Source: Planctomycetota bacterium (lineage in GTDB: Bacteria > Planctomycetota > Phycisphaerae > Tepidisphaerales > Tepidisphaeraceae). From it: 62,822 bases of DNA. Below the pieces are notes generated by a model. That model did no database searches. It saw nothing but the letters and a program-made list of their open reading frames with translations, and was not told the DNA's origin. Positions 9,273-18,852 of the stretch are shown piece after piece; position 1 is the stretch's first letter, and every line of letters begins with the position of its first letter. The stretch lies in assembly GCA_039182125.1 (NCBI GenBank), contig JBCDCH010000017.1, positions 1-62,822 of the forward strand. Reading direction: 5' to 3'. A program made the translations under genes and the position numbers.

Positions 9273-9824
9273 ATGGCCCGACTCGATCACATCGAAGGTG
9301 TCCGCGTGTTCGACATCCCCAAGTACGGGGACCACCGCGGTTTCTTCAGCGAAACGTACAACGCCCGGAAGTTCGCCGAGGAGTTCGGCATTACCGAGAC
9401 GTTCGTGCAGGACAATCAGAGCCTCTCGGCCACGCCCAACACCGTGCGGGGTCTGCACTTTCAGAAGCCGCCCTTCGCCCAGGCGAAACTTGTTCGGGTG
9501 CTCCGCGGCAAGATCCTCGACGTTGCCGTTGATATCCGCACCGGTAGCCCGACCTTCGGCGATCACATCGCCGAGGTGATCTGCGCCGAGCAGTGGAACC
9601 AGATCTTCATCCCTGTCGGCTTCGCCCACGGCTTCGCCACTCTCAGCCCTGACACCGAAGTCTGCTACAAGGTCAGCGCCCCCTACGCCCCTGACCACGA
9701 GGCCGGTGTCATGTGGAACGACCCCGCCATTGGCATCGACTGGCAACTGTCCGGCGACCCGGTCCTGAGCGAAAAGGACACGAAGTATCCGGCGCTGGCC
9801 GAACTCGGCGACGTGGGGTTCTGA
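9273..9824 (+). CDS. rmlC: dTDP-4-dehydrorhamnose 3,5-epimerase
   Basis: 183-aa ORF. The segments HIEGVRVFDIPKYGDHRGFFSETY…RGLHFQ…KLVRVLRGKILDVAVDIR…IPVGFAHGF read as typical RmlC cupin signature, judged by recall of the family. Confidence 0.9.
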   Translation: MARLDHIEGVRVFDIPKYGDHRGFFSETYNARKFAEEFGITETFVQDNQSLSATPNTVRGLHFQKPPFAQAKLVRVLRGKILDVAVDIRTGSPTFGDHIAEVICAEQWNQIFIPVGFAHGFATLSPDTEVCYKVSAPYAPDHEAGVMWNDPAIGIDWQLSGDPVLSEKDTKYPALAELGDVGF

Positions 9825-9834
9825 GTCCCCGGCG

Positions 9835-11112
9835 CTACCCGAACCGCGCGGTCAGCAGCGTGAGGTCGTCGTCCGTTGGGCGGGCTTCGAGTTGTCGGAG
9901 CATGCCGTGGAGTTGATCGGCCACGTTCGGGAACTCCGACTCCGCACTGGCGGTGATCATCAGTTCCAGCAGTGCGTCGGCACCGAGGATGTTGTGACGT
10001 GCGTCGGGGTCGGGATCGTCGGCATCACCAACCCGTAACTCCAAAGCGGCATCGCTGTACATCCAAAGGCGGGCACCCGGGTTGACGTGGATGCAACTGG
10101 TCGGGATGCCACGCGGGTCAAGGCCGCCGGGCGCGGATTGAGAGCGAAGCCCCGTGGGCTGGCCGTTGGTCTCGACGAGTACCGCCGGGGGATGGCCGGC
10201 ACCGGCGTAGAACAGTTGTCGGGTGAGCGGGTCGAACGTGCAGCAGAACGCGGTGAAAAATCGTCCACCAGCGGAAGTCATGGGGAACATCCGACTCAAG
10301 TTGGACAAGGCCTGGCCCGGCTGATGGGTGCGGAGCTGCTCGTCAAGTGCATGACGCAGCGCCGCGGCGTGGAGCGAGGAGCCGACGCCGTGGCCCATGA
10401 CGTCGATGACGTACCCGAACCAGCTTTCGCGGCCGTCGATTTTGCCGACGCCGTAGTTGAAGATGTCGCCGCCGAGTTCGTCATGGGGCTCGAAGTACCA
10501 ATCGACCTCGATGCCGTCGAGTTTGGCCGGGCGCGGGAGCAAGCCGGTGACGTATCGGCGGGCCTCGCTGACCTGTTCGGCCATGAGTTGGCGGGTGCGT
10601 AGCGCCTGCTCCTGCGCATCGACCAGGTCGGTGAGCATGACTTCACGCTCGGCGAGGGCGGCGACTTCGGACATCAGGTCGAGCCGAACCGCCCGGGAAT
10701 CGCGTGGTTTGGTATCGGCCGTGCAGACGGTGCCGATCGGTTTGCCGTCGGGGTTTCGCACCGGATAGCCGGCGTAGAACCGAATGCGCGGCCCCTGCGT
10801 GACCAGCGGCAGTTGGGCGAACCGCTCGTCCTCGAGCGTGTCCGCGACTACCACCGGTTCATCGGCGGCGATCGTGTATTGGCAGAACGTCTGGCTGCGC
10901 TCAATCCCATCGAGTGCGGCGCGGTTCGGTCCGCAGTGCCCGAGCAGGTTCTGCTTGGGTCCGTCGAGAGCGACATACGCGATCGGCATGTCCAGCGAGA
11001 GCTGCGCGAGTCGGGCGAGTCGGTCGAAACGCGGCTCGGTCAACGTGTCAGGCTTCGGCTCAACCAGCGGATCGGTGGCGTCCGAAAAGACATTGGGGGG
11101 TGAACTGGCCAT
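9835..11112 (-). CDS. GAF domain–PP2C (SpoIIE/RsbU-type) serine phosphatase
   Basis: 425-aa ORF. The N-terminal part is GAF-like (LAQLSLDMPIAYVALDG…RFYAGYPV…). The C-terminal PP2C core reads GGDIFNYG…YVIDVMGHGVGSSL…MYSDAALE. It lies directly downstream (83 bp) of the HisKA_3 kinase on the same strand. Confidence 0.8.
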   Translation of the reverse strand: MASSPPNVFSDATDPLVEPKPDTLTEPRFDRLARLAQLSLDMPIAYVALDGPKQNLLGHCGPNRAALDGIERSQTFCQYTIAADEPVVVADTLEDERFAQLPLVTQGPRIRFYAGYPVRNPDGKPIGTVCTADTKPRDSRAVRLDLMSEVAALAEREVMLTDLVDAQEQALRTRQLMAEQVSEARRYVTGLLPRPAKLDGIEVDWYFEPHDELGGDIFNYGVGKIDGRESWFGYVIDVMGHGVGSSLHAAALRHALDEQLRTHQPGQALSNLSRMFPMTSAGGRFFTAFCCTFDPLTRQLFYAGAGHPPAVLVETNGQPTGLRSQSAPGGLDPRGIPTSCIHVNPGARLWMYSDAALELRVGDADDPDPDARHNILGADALLELMITASAESEFPNVADQLHGMLRQLEARPTDDDLTLLTARFG

Positions 11113-11195
11113 AAACGTCTTTCACTAAGCGGTGGTTGGGCGAAAGGAGTCGCCACGCGATCAACGTGACGAGTCCTTGGGAAGGAGAGAGCGGG

Positions 11196-11987
11196 TCAGG
11201 CGGCTGCGTCGTCCAATGGCAGCGAAAGCGAACACGTCATGCCCCGGCCGGGACGGGAGCGGAACCGAAAACCGCCGCCGTGCAGATCCGCACGCCGGGC
11301 CACGCCGGTCAGGCCCAGTCCGAAGCACACATCGTCCGTCGACAGCCCGTTGCCGTCGTCGTGGACCAATAGTCGCAGTTTCCCGTTGCTCGCTTTCGGC
11401 CAGATCAAGTGGACCTGAACGCTTTTCGCCTTGCCGTGTCGGAGGCTGTTGCAGATCAGTTCGTTTGCCGAGTCGATCAGATGTCGGGCTTCGGCGGCGT
11501 CAATCGGTCGGCACGAGCCGGCCATCTTCAAGACCACGGGCCGCTGTGGCGTGTTCATGCGGGCGACCACCGCGACGATTTCCGGTGTGACGTCGACCAA
11601 AGACGTCGGTGCGTGGTCACGATGCATGCAGTGATCGAGACCGCGACCTGCTTCGCGGAGGTTCTCCTCGACGAGACGTAGGCCACTGCAAACAGGGCAT
11701 GAGCAATAGCCCTCGCGATCCTCGCGGTGGGGATGCACATGGGTGCGTAACTCGGCAAGTCGCATCAGAGCGACGAACATCTGCGGGCGAACCCGGTCGT
11801 GAAGATTCTGATCGATGTCCGAACGGCGCTTGGCCTGGCGTTCCTGCGGGATCGGCTCGGCGGGGAAGACCCCGGTGTTGCGGCGGCCACGGCGATGATC
11901 AAGAACGTGCTGGCTTAGCTCCACGAGCGCTTGGTGAGATCCTTGATGCGGTTGGTTCATACTCAACTCCTGTTGTCCGCTAATCAT
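11196..11987 (-). CDS. Cytoplasmic histidine kinase (HisKA_3 + HATPase_c), no TM segment
   Basis: 263-aa ORF with an H-box-like IDQNLHDRVRPQMFVALMRL and C-terminal HATPase motifs (LLVHDDGNGL…GLGLTGVARRADLHGG). Confidence 0.7.
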   Translation of the reverse strand: MISGQQELSMNQPHQGSHQALVELSQHVLDHRRGRRNTGVFPAEPIPQERQAKRRSDIDQNLHDRVRPQMFVALMRLAELRTHVHPHREDREGYCSCPVCSGLRLVEENLREAGRGLDHCMHRDHAPTSLVDVTPEIVAVVARMNTPQRPVVLKMAGSCRPIDAAEARHLIDSANELICNSLRHGKAKSVQVHLIWPKASNGKLRLLVHDDGNGLSTDDVCFGLGLTGVARRADLHGGGFRFRSRPGRGMTCSLSLPLDDAAA

Positions 11988-12103
11988 GAACCACGGACGC
12001 GCTGCCCGCCTCTGCTATGCGCCCACATGCTCCGTACCATTAGGCACGAGCGAAATACGCCGATTGGGCTACGGTTTGCCAAGAGATTGCCCGGTAGACC
12101 GTT

Positions 12104-12763
12104 TCAACTTCCGCCGGGCATGAGTGCCAGAACTTCCTTCATGGTCCAGGTCGATGTCCCTTCCTCGCCCTTGTTGCCCAAGTCGAGGTTGTTGTCGAGC
12201 AGGCGATAACGGTTTTCGGTCATGTCGGCCGCGATCCAGCTGACCGCGTGATCGCGAAACGCCTCGTGGCAGTCGGCCGAGGGCACGCCGACCGTCAAGA
12301 TGTGATACGCCTGTTGTTGGACGGCGATGTCCGTGACGTCTTTCAGGCAGTCGCGGATGCGTGTCGCGTTCTCAGGGGCGATATTTTGAGTGTCGCCCGC
12401 CACGACGAACACGATCATGCGGGGCCTGCTGACCAGAAAAGCGGCCTTCAGGGCGGTCGTATCGCACGGATCGCCTTGCAACCAGCGAACTTCCAGGGGC
12501 ATCGAGGCCGAGGCCGGCCCGAACCAGTGGACGCGGACGCGCGGAATCATCAGGTCCGTGAGCGTCCGGTTGATGGTGGAGCCCACCCTTGCGGTATCAC
12601 TGCTGTCCTCAGGCTTGGTTGCATTGATGCAGAGAATGGACAAGTGGCCTCGGGTTGAAGGACTGGTTCCGGCTCTGGCCCCAAAATGGGCGTGTAAAGG
12701 CGATGTGGCCGCAGCAGAGATTCTGTCGAACACAAGTCCTTGCAGCATCGCCCGACCGACCAT
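12104..12763 (-). CDS. Hypothetical protein (start uncertain)
   Basis: 219-aa ORF on the strand opposite the response-regulator operon. No recognisable motifs. Internal ATGs allow a shorter, ~150-aa product. Confidence 0.35.
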   Translation of the reverse strand: MVGRAMLQGLVFDRISAAATSPLHAHFGARAGTSPSTRGHLSILCINATKPEDSSDTARVGSTINRTLTDLMIPRVRVHWFGPASASMPLEVRWLQGDPCDTTALKAAFLVSRPRMIVFVVAGDTQNIAPENATRIRDCLKDVTDIAVQQQAYHILTVGVPSADCHEAFRDHAVSWIAADMTENRYRLLDNNLDLGNKGEEGTSTWTMKEVLALMPGGS

Positions 12764-12970
12764 TAGTTCACGGCGCGTAAGGCCGCGAAGCCATAGGCCT
12801 AATGGCAGAGGTTCCGGCTATACTTCTAGAACCAGTGCAACTGACCCGATTTTCCAAAAACCCACATTGAACTAGCTCATTGTGGTCTGTTACATTACCG
12901 GCGGTCCGGCACGACCAGCGACGGCATCGCTCCGCGATGCTCGCGATGTATGTCCCTCAAAGGAGTTATT

Positions 12971-13648
12971 ATGAGCAGGTCCGTTGATATGCCTGACAAG
13001 ACGAGTAATGCGACCATTCGCACGCTGTTGATCGATGATCATGCCGTGGTTCGTGCGGGTGTTCGCGCTGTCATCGACGGCGAGTCTGCTCGAGACGGTC
13101 GCATATTCGAAGTCGTTGGTGAAGCGTCGGGTGGCCAGGAAGGCGTTCAGTTGTACAGCGAGCTGCGACCCGACTTGGCGATCGTCGATTTGCGCTTGCC
13201 CGACATGCCCGGCCAAGCGGTCGTTCGGCGCATTCGCGTCAACCACCCCGATGCCAAGCTGTTGGTGTTGACCAGCTTCGACGCGGAGGAAGACGTGGCC
13301 GAGTGCGTTTCCTCCGGAGCGCTCGGTTATGCCCTGAAGGAATCGTCGGCCGATCAGATGATCGAAGCCATGTCGTCGGTCGCGGAAGGGCGGCGGTGGT
13401 TATGCCCGGAGGCGGCCGATCGGCTTGCCGAGCGGATGACCCACGAGTCACTGACCGATCGCGAAGTTGAAGTACTCGTCTTGGCCGCCCGCGGGCTGGC
13501 CAACAAGGAGATCGCCGCTGATCTGCGTTGTGCGGCAGGGACAGTCAAAGTCCATCTGGCCAACATCTTCGCGAAGCTCCGCGCCGAAAGCCGCACCGAA
13601 GCGGTGAGTATCGCGCGCACGCGGGGGTGGATCCGTGGCGACGACTGA
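12971..13648 (+). CDS. Response regulator, NarL/FixJ family (REC + LuxR-type HTH)
   Basis: AAAGGAG lies 7 nt before the ATG at 12971. The REC domain reads LLIDDHAVVRAGV…DLAIVDLRLPDMPG…LVLTS. The C-terminal LuxR HTH reads LTDREVEVLVLAARGLANKEIAADL…TVKVHLANIFAKL. Confidence 0.9.
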   Translation: MSRSVDMPDKTSNATIRTLLIDDHAVVRAGVRAVIDGESARDGRIFEVVGEASGGQEGVQLYSELRPDLAIVDLRLPDMPGQAVVRRIRVNHPDAKLLVLTSFDAEEDVAECVSSGALGYALKESSADQMIEAMSSVAEGRRWLCPEAADRLAERMTHESLTDREVEVLVLAARGLANKEIAADLRCAAGTVKVHLANIFAKLRAESRTEAVSIARTRGWIRGDD

Positions 13649-16600
13649 GCGCTTGACGCGTCGGCTCCGGCGGTTTCGGGGCTGTGCACGGTTCGTGTCG
13701 GCGTTGTTGGTCTTGTTCCTGCTGCCTTGCGCAGTCTTCGGACAAGAGGATGTACGCCGGACCGAGTTCACGCCCGTCACCAAGCCGCTGTTCGGTGGCG
13801 TCCGAGAGGTGAGCGACGGGATGGCCAAGTGGGCCGGCTTGTACGTGCTCCACTTCGACCCGCTCGGCCGACTCATGGTCGGAACCGATAGCGGCCTGTA
13901 CCGATTCGATGGCAACGAATTCGAACTACTCGGGGGCGCGCAATCGCCGCCAGGTGACGTTGATCCGACATCCGCTTCACCGGAATCCGTGGCCGTCCCC
14001 GAGGTCATCCAAAACGTGCTACGGCTCACCGGCGATGGCCGGACCGTCTGGATCGTGACCGCCCAGGGCGACGTCTTTCGGCTGCTACTCAACAGCGACC
14101 GCATCGAGAAGGTCGCCACGCCCGACGACGCACCGGCCATGGATGTTCGCATCGGTGCGGATGGCGAAGTGTGGGCCGTCGGTGCGTTTGGATTTGCTCG
14201 GCTCGAAGGCGATGTGTTCACGACGGTGATTCCTTCGGAGCGTTTCGAGGGGCGCCTGTTGCGACGCATGGGCATCGCGGCCGACGGATCCCACTACATC
14301 TCGGCCGTTGTGGTGGTCGAAGAGAGCACCGACGATAAACAGACCGCGATCTACCGGGTGGAGGACCTTGCCACCCCGGTCGAATTGGGCATCGTTAATG
14401 CACAGGTTACGGAAATATTGGCCGACGACGACGGCTCCATGTGGGTTGCCCAGACCAACGGCCTACACCGCTATTTTGGTGATGAAGTCGTCGAAATCGA
14501 GTTGGGGCACGACGCAGGTCCTAGTGCGAACTGGATCGTTCACGACATCATGTTCGGGTCCGAGGGGACTTTGTGGGTGGCCACCCGGTCGGGGCTGATC
14601 GAGTTGGACCTGCGCGAAGATACCTCGCGTCTGCACCGTCAGTTTGCTGGCGATCCCTACACACTGCCGAGCAACGACGTTCGGTCAATTTCGCTCGACG
14701 GCAAGGGTCGTGTGTGGACCGGTCACTTTCTCGGAGAAATCGCGACGATTCAGACGGGCGGGCGATTCGCTGAGTTTTACGGGCCACGCCTTGATGGGAC
14801 CGGCTTGCTCTCGCCGACGGTCCGCGACGCGGTGCTTGCATCCGACGGCACGCTTTGGGTTGCGTTTGATCAAGGGCTCAGCAGACGCCGGCCGGGCGCG
14901 ACGAGATTCGAGCACATGTTCGTCGGCGATGAGGGCGAAGACATTCCCGAGGGGCAACTTGGCCACGGTCCGCTCTACTGCATCGACGAAGGGCCCGACG
15001 GCTTCATCTGGTTCGGGCAGCTTTACTCTGGCTTCGGGTACATCGATCCGAGTGCCGAGGAACTTTCGGTCACTTACCAGCGCCCGATCGACAACCCGGA
15101 TCGACGGTTGAACTTCGGCATCGAGTTCTACGCCGGCAGCGACGGCACCCGTTGGTTCGGCACGATACTCGGCCTGATTGGTCACAAGCCCGACGGCACC
15201 GTAGTGACTCACTTCCACGCGCCGGCCGTACCGGGCACGATCGTCGGACCAACGGTTCACGCCATCATCGAAACGTCTGACGGCACCATCTGGGTCGGCA
15301 CCGAGGACGGTGCCGGTCGACTACCGGCCGGACAAACGCAGTGGGAAAATTTCGTCCACGATCCGACCGACGCAAACAGTCTGCCCGACAATCAGGTGTA
15401 CGCATTCCACGAGGACGCCGAAGGCCGGTTGTGGATTTCCACCTGGCGTGGTTTGGCGCGTTGGCGGCCGGAGACTTCGGACTTCGAAACCATCGGCCTC
15501 GACGACGGATTGCCCAACGACAGCATCGGCGGCGCACTCGTGTCCGGGGACATGCTCTGGTTCGGCACCGAAGCCGGGCTCATTCGATACGATCTCGACG
15601 GTGGCTCGATGCGGGCGTTCGGCACCGAACAGGGCGTGCCGGACATGTACGCGAAGATTCGCCAGAAGCTCGACGACGGCCGGCTGCTCTTCGGCGGGTT
15701 CGGCGGCGTGGTGGTGATCGACCCCGACAAACTACCGGCGGCCACCGACAGCGGTCGTCGTGTCGTCTTCACCTCGGCCATGCAATCGGGGCAACAGGTC
15801 GAACTGCCCGGCAACGGCAACGAGGCTGTCCCCGGTGAACTGCATTTGCCGTTCGGTGGCCGCTTCTTCAACATCACGTTCGCGGGTATCGAACTGTTCG
15901 GTGCGGATGACCTGAGCTATCGCTATCAGCTCGAAGGCTACGAGGACATCTGGCACGAAGCCGACAACGTGACCCGGCGTGCGTCGTACACCAATGTGCC
16001 GCCGGGCGACTACACGTTGCTCGTCCAAGCACGTGCCCCGGGTTTGCAAGAGGACCGTCCGTGGGGCATGCCCGCGAAGTTACGGATTGTCGTGCCACCG
16101 CAGTTCTACGAGACGTGGTGGTTCGTGGCGCTGATGATGGCCTTGGCGGCCTTGGTCGTTGGGGTGATCTTCGAGTTTCGACGCCGAAGAACTGCGGCCC
16201 AGTTCGCGGCCGTGTTGGGCGAACGCCAACGTATCGCCACCGAACTCCACGACACGCTGCTGCAGAATCTCTACGGCATGCAACTCAAGGCACAGGTCGC
16301 CCGTCGTCGCATGGACACTGACATGGACAAGGCCCGCACCATGTTTGACGAGGTGCTCGACCAAACGTCGGCCGCGATCTCCGAAGCGCGGCAACGTATC
16401 TCCGCATCGCCGATTATCCGTAAGCGCGACAGCCACAAGGCCGAACGAAAAGCCGCGCTCTTGTCGACCGACAGGAGCGGCGTTTCAAGGCGTTCTTTGG
16501 TACCGCGTGCCTCTTCGTCGAAGCAGGCGGTCATTGATCAGCGGCGAAGACTTGATGAAGCGGTACGCGAAACCGCGATTTCCGTGGCCCACCTCTACGG

Positions 16601-17027
16601 CGTCAAGTCGGCGGAACAGCTGTCGGACCCCAACACCGCGGCCAGTGCAACAGTTCTCGAACTCGACATCGAGTCGGGGTTGCCGCGAATCAGCGAGGTC
16701 GTTGATGAGAAGGTGACACGCATCGTCGCCGAGGCCGTTGCGAATGCCTCGAGACACGCTCGGGCCAACAAGATCCGCGTGTCGGCCAAGCCCGACCATC
16801 ACGCCAATCGATTATCCGTCATCGTTGAGGATGACGGCATCGGCTTCGACCAAGAAACCGTCCGACAGCGCCAACGCAACAACACCAACGTCAACGGCAC
16901 CTCCGCCGGTCTCCGATTGATGCGTTCAAGGTCCGAAGACGTGAACCTCGACATCGAGATCAACTCCGAGCCCGATCGCGGCACCCAGATCGTGTTGCGG
17001 CTACCAGAGCCGTTGGGCAAGTCCTAA
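13635..17027 (+). CDS. Sensor histidine kinase with periplasmic beta-propeller/Y_Y_Y-type domains, HisKA_3 and HATPase_c
   Basis: 1130-aa ORF overlapping the regulator stop by 14 nt. It has a signal/TM segment (VSALLVLFLLPCAVFG) and repeated W-rich propeller blades (GSMWVA, GTLWVA, GRVWTG, GTLWVA, GFIWFG, GTIWVG, GRLWIS, MLWFG). A TM helix at ~810 (WWFVALMMALAALVVGVIF) is followed by the H-box ATELHDTLLQNLYG and a C-terminal HATPase (VIVEDDGIGF…GTSAGLRLM). Confidence 0.85.
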   Translation: MATTERLTRRLRRFRGCARFVSALLVLFLLPCAVFGQEDVRRTEFTPVTKPLFGGVREVSDGMAKWAGLYVLHFDPLGRLMVGTDSGLYRFDGNEFELLGGAQSPPGDVDPTSASPESVAVPEVIQNVLRLTGDGRTVWIVTAQGDVFRLLLNSDRIEKVATPDDAPAMDVRIGADGEVWAVGAFGFARLEGDVFTTVIPSERFEGRLLRRMGIAADGSHYISAVVVVEESTDDKQTAIYRVEDLATPVELGIVNAQVTEILADDDGSMWVAQTNGLHRYFGDEVVEIELGHDAGPSANWIVHDIMFGSEGTLWVATRSGLIELDLREDTSRLHRQFAGDPYTLPSNDVRSISLDGKGRVWTGHFLGEIATIQTGGRFAEFYGPRLDGTGLLSPTVRDAVLASDGTLWVAFDQGLSRRRPGATRFEHMFVGDEGEDIPEGQLGHGPLYCIDEGPDGFIWFGQLYSGFGYIDPSAEELSVTYQRPIDNPDRRLNFGIEFYAGSDGTRWFGTILGLIGHKPDGTVVTHFHAPAVPGTIVGPTVHAIIETSDGTIWVGTEDGAGRLPAGQTQWENFVHDPTDANSLPDNQVYAFHEDAEGRLWISTWRGLARWRPETSDFETIGLDDGLPNDSIGGALVSGDMLWFGTEAGLIRYDLDGGSMRAFGTEQGVPDMYAKIRQKLDDGRLLFGGFGGVVVIDPDKLPAATDSGRRVVFTSAMQSGQQVELPGNGNEAVPGELHLPFGGRFFNITFAGIELFGADDLSYRYQLEGYEDIWHEADNVTRRASYTNVPPGDYTLLVQARAPGLQEDRPWGMPAKLRIVVPPQFYETWWFVALMMALAALVVGVIFEFRRRRTAAQFAAVLGERQRIATELHDTLLQNLYGMQLKAQVARRRMDTDMDKARTMFDEVLDQTSAAISEARQRISASPIIRKRDSHKAERKAALLSTDRSGVSRRSLVPRASSSKQAVIDQRRRLDEAVRETAISVAHLYGVKSAEQLSDPNTAASATVLELDIESGLPRISEVVDEKVTRIVAEAVANASRHARANKIRVSAKPDHHANRLSVIVEDDGIGFDQETVRQRQRNNTNVNGTSAGLRLMRSRSEDVNLDIEINSEPDRGTQIVLRLPEPLGKS

Positions 17028-17126
17028 GCGAGTTCACCCACTTTTGGGCAAATCCGCGGTGAGCGTGGAACAACCTGTTGGGCCAATCGTCCAACAGCGG
17101 CACTCACGTTCCTCCAAGAGAAGAGA

Positions 17127-18014
17127 TTGCCCATGAAGTCACCTACATCTATCGCCGCGGCCTTTGTTGTTTCCGCCTTCACCGTCCAAAGCGTCCAGGC
17201 TGCACTGGACATCCAGATCGAGTTTTTCGCCGATCCTGATCCCGCTCTGTTGCCGTTCTTCGAAGACGCGGCGGCTACATGGGAGACATTGTTGGTCGAC
17301 CACCAGGACGGGTTTGTCACTGATACTCTTCTTAACAGTTCCGCTGTTGCGGGGACCGAACTCTCGACTGTTAACGTGAGTGTCGGGTTTGGTGAGATTG
17401 ATGGTCCCGGCGGAGATTCAGGGACTTCGATTCTGAGCGGAGTGGTGGTCGATGCGTCAGGCTATCTTCTGGCCAGCGATGTAATCGTGATCTTCGACCA
17501 AGCCGATCTTCCAGGTCTGGTCGATTCTGATCTGTTCGATGATGCGGTGCGACATGTGCTCGCACACGCTCTCGGCTTCGGTGGCGCGATATGGATTGTC
17601 AATGAAGTGTATGTTATCGACTCAGGGGAGTTCCTCGGTGCCAACGCTACCGCAGTATGGAATACCACGTTTGGCCAGCCGGGCACCCCTGATGTTGAGC
17701 TCGACGGCCCTGGCACTATTGCAGACGACCACTGGAACGATTTCGACTCCAGTATCATTGACGACGAAGGTCGGCCATTGGAGTTCGAACTGATGACCGG
17801 CTTCCTCGCGCCACTGCCGGGCACCACGGACACGTTCATCAGCGATCTGACGCTGGGCAGTTTCCAGGACATCGGCTACCTAGCGCCGATTCCCGAGCCG
17901 GCTTCATTCGGTCTGCTGGCCGGCGTGAGTCTGCTATTGCGGCGGCGAAATTGGCGTCAAAGGCGGCCGATTTCGCACCACAAGCGTGCTTTTGGAGCAA
18001 GGCAAAAATATTGA
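17127..18014 (+). CDS. Secreted PEP-CTERM-anchored protein
   Basis: Signal peptide MPMKSPTSIAAAFVVSAFTVQSVQA; C-terminal IPEPASFGLLAGVSLLLRRR sorting motif. Confidence 0.75.
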   Translation: MPMKSPTSIAAAFVVSAFTVQSVQAALDIQIEFFADPDPALLPFFEDAAATWETLLVDHQDGFVTDTLLNSSAVAGTELSTVNVSVGFGEIDGPGGDSGTSILSGVVVDASGYLLASDVIVIFDQADLPGLVDSDLFDDAVRHVLAHALGFGGAIWIVNEVYVIDSGEFLGANATAVWNTTFGQPGTPDVELDGPGTIADDHWNDFDSSIIDDEGRPLEFELMTGFLAPLPGTTDTFISDLTLGSFQDIGYLAPIPEPASFGLLAGVSLLLRRRNWRQRRPISHHKRAFGARQKY

Positions 18015-18048
18015 AGGACTTACGCTTGATCAGCGTAATAATGCGCCT

Positions 18049-18723
18049 ATGCACCGGCGGAACGATCCAAATTCCGACTCGGAACCGATCACCGACGGGC
18101 GTCGTTGGACCGTCAATGAGTTGTATGCGTTGCTTGGTCACAGCCTTGCCGAGATCCATGCGTTGCTCCGTGACAACGCCAGTCTCGCGGGCTCGGAGCG
18201 TGAACGAGCCATCCTGTTGACCGAGGAGTCGATCGAGCAGTTGCGGCGGATGTTCATCAGTGCCAATCCGCCGGCCGCGATGACGCTCGATGAAGTGAAC
18301 GCGGCGATCGGTGATCTCGCGGGTCGTTATCCCGATCATCAGATTTTCATGGAGCCTGCCGCGGTCCAGCCCGGCAATCCGTCGGCCTCAATCGTCGGGC
18401 TGCCGGCCTGCAGGGTCGTCGCCGAGGCCGTGGCCAACGCCATCGGTCACGCGCGGTCCGAGACCATCCGCATCAAGATCGACCTTGAACCGTCCGGCGA
18501 TTCGGCACGCCCTGACTGGTTGGCCGTGTCCGTGATCGATGACGGGGCCGGTTTCAGCGTTGATGAGGTGGTGTGGACGCCCGACGGAGAAAATCCGCTG
18601 CCGTGCGGGCTGATCTACATGCGCCAGCGGGCCGAGGAGTTTGGCGGAAGGCTGGAACTCCACTCCGAGCCGGGTCGGGGGACATCCGTGCTGTTGCGGC
18701 TGCCGTGGTTGACCAGTGCCTAG
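18049..18723 (+). CDS. Soluble histidine-kinase-like protein (HATPase_c)
   Basis: The C-terminal segment VSVIDDGAGFSVDEV…GLIYMRQRAEEFGGRLELHSEPGRGTSVLL is a clear HATPase_c signature. No TM segment is visible. The start was taken at the internal ATG (18049) to avoid overlap with the upstream gene. Confidence 0.65.
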   Translation: MHRRNDPNSDSEPITDGRRWTVNELYALLGHSLAEIHALLRDNASLAGSERERAILLTEESIEQLRRMFISANPPAAMTLDEVNAAIGDLAGRYPDHQIFMEPAAVQPGNPSASIVGLPACRVVAEAVANAIGHARSETIRIKIDLEPSGDSARPDWLAVSVIDDGAGFSVDEVVWTPDGENPLPCGLIYMRQRAEEFGGRLELHSEPGRGTSVLLRLPWLTSA

Positions 18724-18852
18724 CGGTGGGACGGTTCTAAAGGGATTTTTGCTTTTCTGCGGGCTTTGCGGCGGTGCCGATGCACCGTGCCGGACATCTG
18801 GTATGCTGCATTGACTGGACTGTCCACCCCAATCCCCGAGGAGAGCCTTTCG

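Noticed and set aside
12764-12970. Longer start (ATG at 12950) for the response regulator
   Set aside because: The ATG at 12971 is preceded by AAAGGAG at ideal spacing. The seven extra residues (MSLKGVI) add nothing and lack an RBS.
17500-17600. HVLAHALGFGG in the 17127-18014 PEP-CTERM protein as a metzincin zinc-binding motif (HExxHxxGxxH)
   Set aside because: The catalytic Glu is Val and the third His is Gly. Only the H-x3-H-x2-G spacing is retained, which is most likely coincidental.
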